From Gemmatimonadales bacterium (GTDB lineage: Bacteria; Gemmatimonadota; Gemmatimonadetes; Gemmatimonadales; GWC2-71-9): a DNA stretch of 64,000 nucleotides. The stretch is from positions 4,003 through 68,002 of the forward strand of contig DATBJH010000125.1 of NCBI GenBank assembly GCA_036556505.1. The letters are read 5' to 3'. Each line of letters begins with the position of its first letter. Position 1 is the stretch's first letter. The position numbers and the translations under genes were made by a program. Under the pieces are notes generated by a model. It did not search any database and was not told where the DNA came from. It worked only from the letters and a program-made list of their open reading frames with translations. Of the stretch, positions 47,505-55,914 are shown piece after piece.

Positions 47505-48253
47505 TCGCCCTGCACGGGAAGACGGCGCTGGTCACCGGCGGCGGCCGCGGCATCGGTCGCGCGGTCGTCGCGATGCTGGCGCGCGCCGGCGCCGACGTGG
47601 CGATCGGCTACCGGAGCCGGTCCGCCGAGGCGGACGCGGCCGCCTCCGAGGTGAAGTCGCTGGGGCGGCGCGCGATCGCGGTCGGCGGCGACCTCGCCGA
47701 CCCCGGTGTCTCGGCCCGCCTGGTCGCCCGAGTGGCCGAGACGTTCAACCGCCTCGACATCTTCGTCGCCAACGCCGGTGTCTGGCCGCCCGAGGATGTG
47801 CCGCTCGCGAAGCTTCCCGCCGAGCGCTGGCGCGAGACGGTGGCGGCCAACCTCGACGCCGTCTACCACTCCACCCGAGCCGCGCTGGGATTGATGGGAC
47901 CGGGCGGCCGGGTCGTGCTCGTCTCCAGCACCGCCGGGCAGCGGGGCGAAGCGGGCCATGCCGACTACGCCGCGACCAAGGGCGCGCTGATCGCGCTCAC
48001 CAAGTCGCTGGCGGTCGAGTGCGCGCCCGACATCCTGGTCAACTGCGTGGCCCCCGGATGGGTGGACACCGAGATGTCCGCACCCGCCTTCGGCGGCGAG
48101 GCCAAGGCGCGGATCGCCGCCACCATCCCGCTGCGCCGCATCCCCACCGCCGAGCAGATCGCGGGGCCGATCGTGTTCCTGTGCAGCGATCTCGCCAGCC
48201 ACATCACGGGGGAGATCCTCAACGTGAACGGCGGCAGCGTCCTGTGCGGGTGA
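47501..48253 (+). CDS. SDR-family oxidoreductase (FabG-like)
   Basis: TGGGRGIG, YAATK, NCVAPGWVDT. Confidence 0.92.
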   Translation: MIALHGKTALVTGGGRGIGRAVVAMLARAGADVAIGYRSRSAEADAAASEVKSLGRRAIAVGGDLADPGVSARLVARVAETFNRLDIFVANAGVWPPEDVPLAKLPAERWRETVAANLDAVYHSTRAALGLMGPGGRVVLVSSTAGQRGEAGHADYAATKGALIALTKSLAVECAPDILVNCVAPGWVDTEMSAPAFGGEAKARIAATIPLRRIPTAEQIAGPIVFLCSDLASHITGEILNVNGGSVLCG

Positions 48254-48258
48254 GGCCG

Positions 48259-49209
48259 ATGATCCACATCCTCTTCACCGGCGGCACCATCTCGATGCAG
48301 CGCGACGCCACGGCCGGAGGGAACGTGCCGGCCCATTCGGGCGAAGCTCTGGTGCGGCTGGCCCCGGGCGTCGAGCGGGTCGCGCCGCTGCGGATCGAGG
48401 ACTGGGCGCGGATGCCTGCCTGCCACTTCGACCAGGCCCGGCTGTGGGCGCTGCGCGAGCGGGTGCGGGAGCTGGAGGACTCGGGCGAGGTGAGCGGGAT
48501 CGTGATCACCCACGGCACCGATATCCTGGAGGAGACGGCGTATCTCCTCGACCGGACGCTCGACCGCCGGATCCCGGTGGCGATCACCGGCGCCATGCGC
48601 ACCTCGAGCGATCAGGGGTGGGACGGCCCGCGCAATCTCCGCGACGCGGTGACGGTCGCGGCCAGCGCGTCGAGCGCGGGCCGCGGAACGATGGTGGTCT
48701 TCGCGGGCAAGGTGTTCGCCGGTCGTACGGCGACGAAGACGCACGCGACGGATCCCGACGCGTTCTCCGCGCCCCACGGCGGGCCGGTCGGGCAGGTGGC
48801 GGACGGCGCGGTGAGGTACGCTTCCGAGCCCGGCCGGGCCGGTGGACCACTGCAGCCGGCCTCGCTGCGTGCCCGGGTCGCCCACGTGCCCACCGTGGTG
48901 GGCGACCAGGGGACGCTGCTCGACCTCGCCCGCGCCGATCACGACGGCGTCGTGGTCGAAGCCTACGGCAGCGGCAACATGCCGCCCGGCGCGGTGCCCG
49001 CCCTGCAGCGGTGGATCGATGACGGCAAGCCGGTAGTCCTGGCCAGCCGCTGCTGGTGGGGGCAGGTGACGCCGGTCTACGCCTTCGAGGGCGGCGGCGC
49101 GCGCACCACCGCGATGGGGGCGATCCCCGCCGGGCCCCGAACACCGTCGCAGGCGCGGATGGAGCTGGCGATCGCGCTCTCGGCCGGCGTGCCGTACGGC
49201 TCGCCATGA
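48259..49209 (+). CDS. L-asparaginase
   Basis: TGGTISM, ITHGTD..EETA, TGAMR, DGPRNL, GSGN. Confidence 0.9.
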   Translation: MIHILFTGGTISMQRDATAGGNVPAHSGEALVRLAPGVERVAPLRIEDWARMPACHFDQARLWALRERVRELEDSGEVSGIVITHGTDILEETAYLLDRTLDRRIPVAITGAMRTSSDQGWDGPRNLRDAVTVAASASSAGRGTMVVFAGKVFAGRTATKTHATDPDAFSAPHGGPVGQVADGAVRYASEPGRAGGPLQPASLRARVAHVPTVVGDQGTLLDLARADHDGVVVEAYGSGNMPPGAVPALQRWIDDGKPVVLASRCWWGQVTPVYAFEGGGARTTAMGAIPAGPRTPSQARMELAIALSAGVPYGSP

Positions 49210-50390
49210 GCTTCCCCTCATCCGTTTCGATCCCCGAGGAGATCCTGGAGATCGCCCGTGAGCTGGAGCGCGCCGGCCACGAGGCATGGTGCGTCGGTGG
49301 AGCGCTCCGGGACACGCTGCTGGGCAATCCTCACTCCGACTTCGACCTGGCCACCTCGGCCCGGCCGCAGGAGGTGATACGGCTCTTCCGGCGCACCGCG
49401 CCGATCGGGGTGGAGCACGGCACCGTCGGGGTGATCGACCGGAAGCACGTCATGCACGAGGTCACCACCTTCCGGCGGGACGTGCGCACGGATGGCCGAC
49501 ACGCGGTGGTCGAGTACGGCGCGTCCCTCGACGAGGACCTGGCTCGCCGCGACTTCACCATCAATGCCATCGCCTACCACCCGCTACGCCAGGAATGGCG
49601 CGACCCCCACGGGGGCGGGCGCGATCTCGAGGCCGGCGTGGTCCGCGCCGTGGGCGATCCGGCCGCGCGTTTCCGGGAGGACTACCTCCGCATCCTGCGT
49701 GCGATCCGGTTCGCGGCCCGCTTCGGGTTCGCCATCGATCAGGCGACGTGGAAGGCGGCGAAGGATGCCGCCGGAGGGCTCGGCCGGCTGTCGGCGGAGC
49801 GGGTGCGTGACGAGTGGTTCAAGGGGCTTCGTACAGCCAAGGATCCCGGCATGCTGGTGCGGCTCTGGCACGAGTCCGGAGCCGCGGCCGCGTGGCTCCC
49901 CGAGCTGGGCGCCGCGGGCGGGTTCGTCCCGTCACCCGAGCAGTCGCCGGCCCCACGCGATCCCGTGCTCCTCACCGCACTGCTCGCGAAGGATCCGGTG
50001 GGGCTGCTCCGGCGGCTGCGCGGCTCCAACGCGGAGGTCGCGCGGGCGGAGTCCATGGTCAAAGGGCCGGCGCAGCCCGAGGGTCTCGACGCGGTCGCCG
50101 TGCGCCGCTGGCTCGCAGCGGTCGGCGGCGCTGCCGATGATCTGGTGGCCCTCTACCGCCTGCAGCGCGGCACGGGCGCCCCCTGGCTCGGCACCATGCA
50201 CGCGATCCGCCAGCGCCATGATCCGCTCACCCGGGGAGACCTCGCGGTGGGCGGCCGCGACCTCGAGTCGCTCGGCATCCGCGGGCGTGCGGTCGGCGAG
50301 ACACTGGCGGCACTGCTCGACCGCGTGCTGGAGGATCCCGCGGCCAATACCCGTGAGCGGCTGCTCGAGCTGGCGCGGGAGCGGCGGTGA
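49206..50390 (+). CDS. cca: Class II tRNA nucleotidyltransferase (CCA-adding family)
   Basis: VGGALRD..DFDLAT, EVTTFR, RRDFTINA, EDYLRILRA. Confidence 0.88.
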   Translation: MSFPSSVSIPEEILEIARELERAGHEAWCVGGALRDTLLGNPHSDFDLATSARPQEVIRLFRRTAPIGVEHGTVGVIDRKHVMHEVTTFRRDVRTDGRHAVVEYGASLDEDLARRDFTINAIAYHPLRQEWRDPHGGGRDLEAGVVRAVGDPAARFREDYLRILRAIRFAARFGFAIDQATWKAAKDAAGGLGRLSAERVRDEWFKGLRTAKDPGMLVRLWHESGAAAAWLPELGAAGGFVPSPEQSPAPRDPVLLTALLAKDPVGLLRRLRGSNAEVARAESMVKGPAQPEGLDAVAVRRWLAAVGGAADDLVALYRLQRGTGAPWLGTMHAIRQRHDPLTRGDLAVGGRDLESLGIRGRAVGETLAALLDRVLEDPAANTRERLLELARERR

Positions 50391-51103
50391 GCACGCTCTG
50401 GTTCGCGTTCGCCGCGGCGCTGGGCAACATCGCAGGTGCGCTGGCGGTGGTGCGGAGCCTCCGGCGCGAGCTCCGGGTGATCGACGCCTGCCTCGCCTTC
50501 GGGGCAGGGTTCATGCTCGCGGTGGCCGTGCTCGGCGTGCTGCCGGTGGTGCTGCGCGAAGGCCAGGAGGGGGCGCTCTACGTGCTCGGGGGGTACCTCG
50601 CCGTCCACCTGGCGCAGCACGTGTTCACGCCACACTTCCATTTCGGCGAGGAGACCCACCGTGTCAGCCGCACGGCGGGCGTCTCCGCGCTGCTCGGCCT
50701 CACCCTGCACACCTTCTTCGACGGCGTCGCCATCGCGAGTGGGTTCCTGGTATCGAGCGAGCTGGGGGTGCTGCTCTTCCTGGCGGTGCTGCTGCACAAG
50801 CTGCCGGAAGGGGTGACGATCGCCAGCGTGATGGTCGCCGGCGGGGAGAGCCGGGGTCGGGCGCTGGGCGCCGCCGCGGTGCTGGGGCTGGCGACGATCC
50901 TGGGCGTCGTCCTCACCGAGCTGGTCCAGCCGCTCGCGAGGCACGGCCTGGCGATCTCCGCAGGGGTCACGATCTATGTCGCGGCGTCGAACCTGGTGCC
51001 CGAGTTCCAGGCCAAGCGGGGCTGGCTCAGCGCTCTGGCGTTCTTCGGGGGCGCGGTGGGATTCTTCCTGACGGAGCGGCTGCTCGACCTGTGGGTGCGG
51101 TAG
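50387..51103 (+). CDS. ZIP-family metal transporter
   Basis: GAGFMLA, HFHFGEETH, LHTFFDG, LHKLPEG. Confidence 0.9.
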   Translation: MSTLWFAFAAALGNIAGALAVVRSLRRELRVIDACLAFGAGFMLAVAVLGVLPVVLREGQEGALYVLGGYLAVHLAQHVFTPHFHFGEETHRVSRTAGVSALLGLTLHTFFDGVAIASGFLVSSELGVLLFLAVLLHKLPEGVTIASVMVAGGESRGRALGAAAVLGLATILGVVLTELVQPLARHGLAISAGVTIYVAASNLVPEFQAKRGWLSALAFFGGAVGFFLTERLLDLWVR

Positions 51104-51120
51104 GCCGCCGGGGAGGAATC

Positions 51121-52458
51121 ATGGCGAGGAAGCGTGCCGAGCAGGGCGAGTCGCTCTTCAGCGTGACGCGGGAAGGCCAGCCGCTGGCCGCCCGCATGCG
51201 GCCGAGGACGCTGGACGAGTTCGTGGGGCAGGAGCACCTGCTGGCGCCCGGCAAACCGCTGCGCGAGGCGATCGAGCGCGGAGTTCCGGGGTCCATGATC
51301 TTCTGGGGTCCGCCGGGCAGCGGAAAGACCACGCTCGCCCATCTGGTCGCCAGCTCGACCGCGCGGGTGTTCGTCCCCTTCAGCGCGGTGTCCGAGGGTG
51401 TGCCCCGGATCCGGGAGATCGTGGGCCAGGCGCGCGCCCGGCTCGACTCGGGCGGAGCCCAGACCATCCTCTTCGTGGATGAGATCCACCGTCTCAACAA
51501 GGCGCAGCAGGACAGCCTGCTGCCGCCGTCCGAGGACGGCACCATCACCCTGATCGGCGCGACGACGGAGAATCCGAGCTTCGAGATCAACGGCGCGCTC
51601 CTGTCGCGTACCCGGGTGTTCGTACTGCAGCCGCTCGCCGCCCCGGACGTGGCCCAGCTGCTCCGGCGGGCGCTGGAGGACGGGGAGCGGGGCCTCGGCC
51701 CGCTGGGGCTCGTGGTCGAGCCCGAAGCGATGGAGTCGATCGCGGTCGAGGCGGACGGCGATGCCCGGCGGGCGCTCACGGTGCTGGAGGCCGCTGCCGC
51801 CCACGTGGGCCAGGGTGGAGTAATCACCACGGAGGTGGCGCGCGAGGCGATGCAGAAGCGCTTCGCCCGGTACGACAAGGCCGGCGAAGAGCACTTCAAC
51901 CTGCTCTCCGCCTATCACAAGTCGCTCCGGGGCAGCGACCCGCAGGGCGCGCTGTACTGGATGGCGCGGATGATCGACGGGGGCGAGGACCCCATGACCC
52001 TCTTCCGGCGCGCGATCGCGATGGCCGCGGAGGACATCGGCCTTGCGGACCCCAACGCCCTGGTGATGGCGGTGGCGGCGCGGGACGCCTTTCACATGCT
52101 GGGCCCGCCGGAGGGCTACCTGCCCCTGGCCGAGATGACGATCTACCTCGCGACCGCGCCCAAGTCGAACAGCGCGAAGGTCGCGCTGGGTGAGGCCATG
52201 GCGGCCGCGCAGGACACGCCGGCCGCACCGGTGCCGATGCACATCCGCAACGCGCCGACCGGGCTCATGAAGGAGCTTGGTTACGGCCGGGGCTACCGGT
52301 ACGCGCACGATTCCCCCGATGCGTACCTGCCGCAGGAGTATCTGCCGGACGAGCTGAGGGGAAGGGCGTTCTATACGCCGGGTGGGTTCGGGTACGAGAA
52401 GCGGGTGGCGGAGCGGATGGCGTGGTGGGAGCGGAAGAAGGGGGAGACGGGCGATTAG
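51121..52458 (+). CDS. rarA: Replication-associated recombination protein A (RarA/MgsA)
   Basis: PLAARMRP, WGPPGSGKTT, DEIHR, KSLRGSDP, EDIGLADP, HIRNAPT. Confidence 0.96.
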   Translation: MARKRAEQGESLFSVTREGQPLAARMRPRTLDEFVGQEHLLAPGKPLREAIERGVPGSMIFWGPPGSGKTTLAHLVASSTARVFVPFSAVSEGVPRIREIVGQARARLDSGGAQTILFVDEIHRLNKAQQDSLLPPSEDGTITLIGATTENPSFEINGALLSRTRVFVLQPLAAPDVAQLLRRALEDGERGLGPLGLVVEPEAMESIAVEADGDARRALTVLEAAAAHVGQGGVITTEVAREAMQKRFARYDKAGEEHFNLLSAYHKSLRGSDPQGALYWMARMIDGGEDPMTLFRRAIAMAAEDIGLADPNALVMAVAARDAFHMLGPPEGYLPLAEMTIYLATAPKSNSAKVALGEAMAAAQDTPAAPVPMHIRNAPTGLMKELGYGRGYRYAHDSPDAYLPQEYLPDELRGRAFYTPGGFGYEKRVAERMAWWERKKGETGD

Positions 52459-52547
52459 CTATCAGCGATCAGCGATCAGCTGTCAGAGCTGTCGGCGCCG
52501 TTCCGAATCGCCTGGCCGGCGCGGCCGATAGCCGATAGCCGATAGCT
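52457..52547. repeat. Inverted heptamer arrays (AGCKATC)n ... (GCCGATA)3
   Basis: agctatc agcgatc agcgatc agctgtc at 52457-52484 and gccgata x3 at 52524-52544. Confidence 0.85.
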
Positions 52548-52619
52548 GCTCGGGACGCCGGGGTGCCGGCACTCGTTCGGCCCCGAAGCAGTATCTTTCC
52601 CTTCGTCCTGGAGGCGCGG

Positions 52620-53108
52620 ATGAGGCTTGGAGGCGCTGCGGGACCCCTGATGCTTGCGGCCGCGCTGTCCGCCTGTGCGGCCGTGAGCAGCGCGCTTCAG
52701 GACCCGGACGTCAAGCTCGAGCGGGTGCTGGTGCGCGAGGTCGACGTCCGGGGCGGCCAACTCGAGCTCCAGCTGGGACTGGAGAATCCCAACCCGTTCG
52801 ATCTGCGCGGCACCGAGATTGCACTGGGCTTCGACGTCGAGGGGTCGCACGTGGGGGACGTGCGCTATGCCGACGATTTCAACCTCCAGCAGGGCGGCCG
52901 TACCACACTGTCGTTGCCGCTCCGCTTCGAGTGGGCCGGGGTCGGCACCGCCCTGAAGACCGCACTGAGCTCGGGCGACATCCCCTACGATATGAAGGGA
53001 CAGCTGACGATCCAGACACCGTGGGGCGCCCAGAGCGTCCCGTTCACCAGGGAAGGCCGCGTGCCGCTCAGCCGAGTGGGCGCGCAGCCGTCCGCCACCG
53101 GCCGCTGA
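52620..53108 (+). CDS. LEA_2/WHy-domain lipoprotein
   Basis: LSAC lipobox, ENPNPFDL motif; GGAGG RBS. Confidence 0.85.
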   Translation: MRLGGAAGPLMLAAALSACAAVSSALQDPDVKLERVLVREVDVRGGQLELQLGLENPNPFDLRGTEIALGFDVEGSHVGDVRYADDFNLQQGGRTTLSLPLRFEWAGVGTALKTALSSGDIPYDMKGQLTIQTPWGAQSVPFTREGRVPLSRVGAQPSATGR

Positions 53109-53127
53109 GCGGCGAGGATCCGGAACC

Positions 53128-54453
53128 ATCAGCAGAACACCCATCGAAGTCCGCGACCCGATCGAGCGTGCCGTTCTGGTCGCCGCCCCGCGCAAGGGGT
53201 CGGGAGACGCCAGGCACGTGACCGATCACCTCGAAGAGCTCACCCGCCTCGTGGACACCGCCGGCGCCGAAGTCGTGGGCCGGATCTCCCAGCAGATCAC
53301 CGCTCCCAATCCCGCGACCCTGATCGGCGAAGGCAAGGTCGAGGAAGTGGCCCGAGCCGTCGCGGACTCGGGGGCCTCGCTGGTCATCTTCGATGAAGAG
53401 CTGAGCCCGGTGCAAGGGGTAAACCTGGAGCGCGCGCTCGAGGTCCGGGTGATGGACCGACCCGAGGTCATCCTCGACATCTTTTCCACCCGGGCCCGGA
53501 GCCACGAGGCCAAGCTGCAGGTGGAGCTGGCGCAGCTGGAGTACCTGCTGCCGCGGCTCACCCGGATGTGGACCCACCTGTCCCGTATCCGCGGCGGCAT
53601 CGGCCTCCGGGGGCCGGGTGAGACCCAGCTGGAAACCGACCGCCGGATCATCCGCCGCCGGATCCAGGGATTGAAGGCCAAGCTCAAGGGCGTCGAGCGG
53701 CACCGCGAGAATCTCCGCTCCGGCCGCGACCCCATGCTCGGCGTGGCGCTGGTGGGCTACACCAACGCCGGCAAGTCGAGCATCCTCCGCGCGCTCTCGG
53801 GCCAGCATGAGATCTTCGTGGAGGACCGGCTCTTCGCCACGCTCGACACGCTCACCCGAGAGGTGGACCTGGGCGAAGGGCAGCGCGCCCGGGTCACCGA
53901 CACGGTCGGCTTCATCCGCAAGCTGCCGCACCACCTGGTGGCGAGCTTCCGGGCCACACTCGAGGAGGCCCGGAATGCCGACCTCCTGCTCCACATCGTG
54001 GACGCGAGTCACCACGACTGGGAGGGCCAGATGCGGGTGGTCGAGCGGGTCCTCGCCGACCTGGAGCTGACCGACCGGCCACTGATCCCCGTCTTCAACA
54101 AGATGGATCTGGTGGCGGACCCGGAGGGCTTCGCCCAACGGGTGGGTGAGCTCCATCCCGGGGCCCTGACGGTGAGTACGATGCGCACCAGCGGCCTCGC
54201 CCCGCTCAAAGCCGTGCTGCGGGAGAAGGACCGGGCCGGCCGGCAGACGGTCCGTGTTCGACTCCCCGTCTCGGACGGCGCCCGACTCGCGGCGCTCTAT
54301 CGCGATGGCGAGGTGCTCTCCCGGCAGGAGAACGGAGCGGCACTCGACGTCACGGTTCGTCTGGACCGTTGGCAGGTGGAGCGACTGCGGGGCGAGGGCG
54401 TGGAGGTGACGGACACGGTCATGAGCGGTGAGGTGGGGCGAAGGGCGGGGTAG
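53128..54453 (+). CDS. hflX: Ribosome-splitting GTPase HflX; probable non-canonical (ATC) start
   Basis: ERAVLV upstream of the first GTG; GPGETQLETDRR, GYTNAGKSS, LFATLD, DTVGFI, NKMD. Confidence 0.93.
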   Translation: MSRTPIEVRDPIERAVLVAAPRKGSGDARHVTDHLEELTRLVDTAGAEVVGRISQQITAPNPATLIGEGKVEEVARAVADSGASLVIFDEELSPVQGVNLERALEVRVMDRPEVILDIFSTRARSHEAKLQVELAQLEYLLPRLTRMWTHLSRIRGGIGLRGPGETQLETDRRIIRRRIQGLKAKLKGVERHRENLRSGRDPMLGVALVGYTNAGKSSILRALSGQHEIFVEDRLFATLDTLTREVDLGEGQRARVTDTVGFIRKLPHHLVASFRATLEEARNADLLLHIVDASHHDWEGQMRVVERVLADLELTDRPLIPVFNKMDLVADPEGFAQRVGELHPGALTVSTMRTSGLAPLKAVLREKDRAGRQTVRVRLPVSDGARLAALYRDGEVLSRQENGAALDVTVRLDRWQVERLRGEGVEVTDTVMSGEVGRRAG

Positions 54454-54648
54454 GCGGTACGGCGGTACGGCGGTACGGCGGTACGCAAGGGGCACCTCGT
54501 CTCGAGGAGCGAAAACGACGAGGGGCCTTCTCACCCGGCCTGGATGACCGTGTAGAGGGTCCCTCGCTTCGCTCGAGATGAGGTACTAGCCTCGGCTCGC
54601 CGTACCGCCGTACCGCCGTACCGCCGTACCGCCGTACCGCCGTACCGC
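54453..54648. repeat. Composite element: (GGCGGTAC)x4, inner inverted REP-like pair, (GTACCGCC)x~6
   Basis: Perfect octamers at 54453-54484 and 54602-54648; inner ACCTCGTCTCGAGGAGCGAAAACGACGAGGGGCC (from 54494) faces the reverse complement of ACCTCATCTCGAGCGAAGCGAGGGACC (ending 54584). Confidence 0.92.
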
Positions 54649-55779
54649 TCACTTCCCGCTCAGCACCTGCTCCAGCACCAGCCACCGATTCATCCCGGCG
54701 AACTTCTGGTGCATCTTGGTGATCGGGGGCTGCTCCTGGGCATCCTCCTCGATCTGGAGATCCGCCAGCGCGTCCAGACCACTCACCAGGAATTTCCGCA
54801 GCCCCTTCTCCAGCGCCATGCCGGCCGTCCGGAAGTTGAAGAGGGTGGAGAACTGGAGGATGAAGCCGAGGTCGGCGAGCTGCTGGTTGGTGATCAGCGT
54901 GCCGGCCTTCTTGGCCTTACCGAAGTAGAGCGAAGGCGACAGGTTGAAGCCCAGCATCTGGTTGGGGTAGTACTTCCGAACCCCCTCGCCGAACTCCTGC
55001 GGCTGCTCTAGGTCCACGTTGTTGAACTCGGGCCAGATCACGTCCACACCCAGCTCGGCGGCCTCCAGCGCGTCGTCGATCGCCATCTTCACGCCGCCGG
55101 GCTCCTGGTCCGGCAGAGCGCCGTCGATCGAGTCGGTGCGGGCGATGATCACGACGTCCACTCCGGTCGCTTCGGCGGCGCCCTTGATGGCCTTCAGCTT
55201 GGCGAGCCAGTCCTTCCTGGGCACCAGCACCTTGTTCCGCTTCTGCTTGCCGACGTTCACGATGTGGCCGCAGGTTCGGTTGGATGGATCCTGATTCTCG
55301 AGGTGCACGCCCGCCGCGCCGACCCGGATCAGCTCGGTCGCGAGGGTGAAGGTCTGGGTGGGACCGCCGAACCCGGCCTCCATGTCCACGAACGCCGGCG
55401 GGGCCGGGAGCAGCTCCTTGCCCTCGCTGTCGTACCAGGCCGTGTTCCGGGCGCCCTCGATCCCCTTCTTCATCTCGAGGACCAGCTCCACCATCTGGTG
55501 CGACTGGTAGATCCCGATGTCCGGGTACATGCTCTTGGTGGCCGCCAGCTGCCAACCACTCCCATAGAGGGCCTTGAACCCGAGCCGGGTCATGATGGCC
55601 GAGGTAAAGGCGTCGTAGGCGCCGGCGGTGTGGAGGAAGGTGCCCTTGTCGCGAGCCTCATGGAGCAGGCGCCGCAGCTTGAGGGCCGGAACCTCGGCCT
55701 CCGGCGGGGCGAACAGCCGGCCCACGGCCTCGGCGGGATACGCCGCATCGGGGGACACCGGTCGAGTCGCAGTCGCCAT
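54649..55779 (-). CDS. Isocitrate lyase family protein (AceA-like, divergent active-site loop)
   Basis: YGSGWQLAA, MYPD, DMEAGFGG, HLENQ, RTCGH, ARTD, FNLSPS, HQ. Confidence 0.85.
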   Translation of the reverse strand: MATATRPVSPDAAYPAEAVGRLFAPPEAEVPALKLRRLLHEARDKGTFLHTAGAYDAFTSAIMTRLGFKALYGSGWQLAATKSMYPDIGIYQSHQMVELVLEMKKGIEGARNTAWYDSEGKELLPAPPAFVDMEAGFGGPTQTFTLATELIRVGAAGVHLENQDPSNRTCGHIVNVGKQKRNKVLVPRKDWLAKLKAIKGAAEATGVDVVIIARTDSIDGALPDQEPGGVKMAIDDALEAAELGVDVIWPEFNNVDLEQPQEFGEGVRKYYPNQMLGFNLSPSLYFGKAKKAGTLITNQQLADLGFILQFSTLFNFRTAGMALEKGLRKFLVSGLDALADLQIEEDAQEQPPITKMHQKFAGMNRWLVLEQVLSGK

Positions 55780-55795
55780 GGGTGCTCTCCTAAGA

Positions 55796-55813
55796 TTGTG
55801 AAACTATTCACAA
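55796..55813. promoter_or_regulatory. Rex operator (ROP)
   Basis: TTGTGAA-ACTA-TTCACAA, exact match to Rex consensus TTGTGAANNNNTTCACAA, 16 nt from the ICL-like start codon. Confidence 0.85.
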
Positions 55814-55914
55814 GATAGTAAGAACGTCCGGACCGCGCCAGAGACAGGGTTGCAGCGCCGGCCGAGTCGGGCACCATACCCCCAACTCATAGCCAGATGT
55901 ACCTTTAGCGTCCC

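Noticed and set aside
49492..51120. N-terminally extended ORF-track calls (988-aa RarA, 805-aa NeuAB, 686-aa TolB/LegC, 527-aa TolQ) as fusions
   Set aside because: The extensions are off-frame read-through of upstream genes; real starts are marked by RBS or stop/start overlaps and family N-termini.
54453..54648. CRISPR array (also considered for 19932-20055, 43154-43214, 52457-52547)
   Set aside because: Units are 7-8 nt, contiguous, with no unique spacers and no cas genes.
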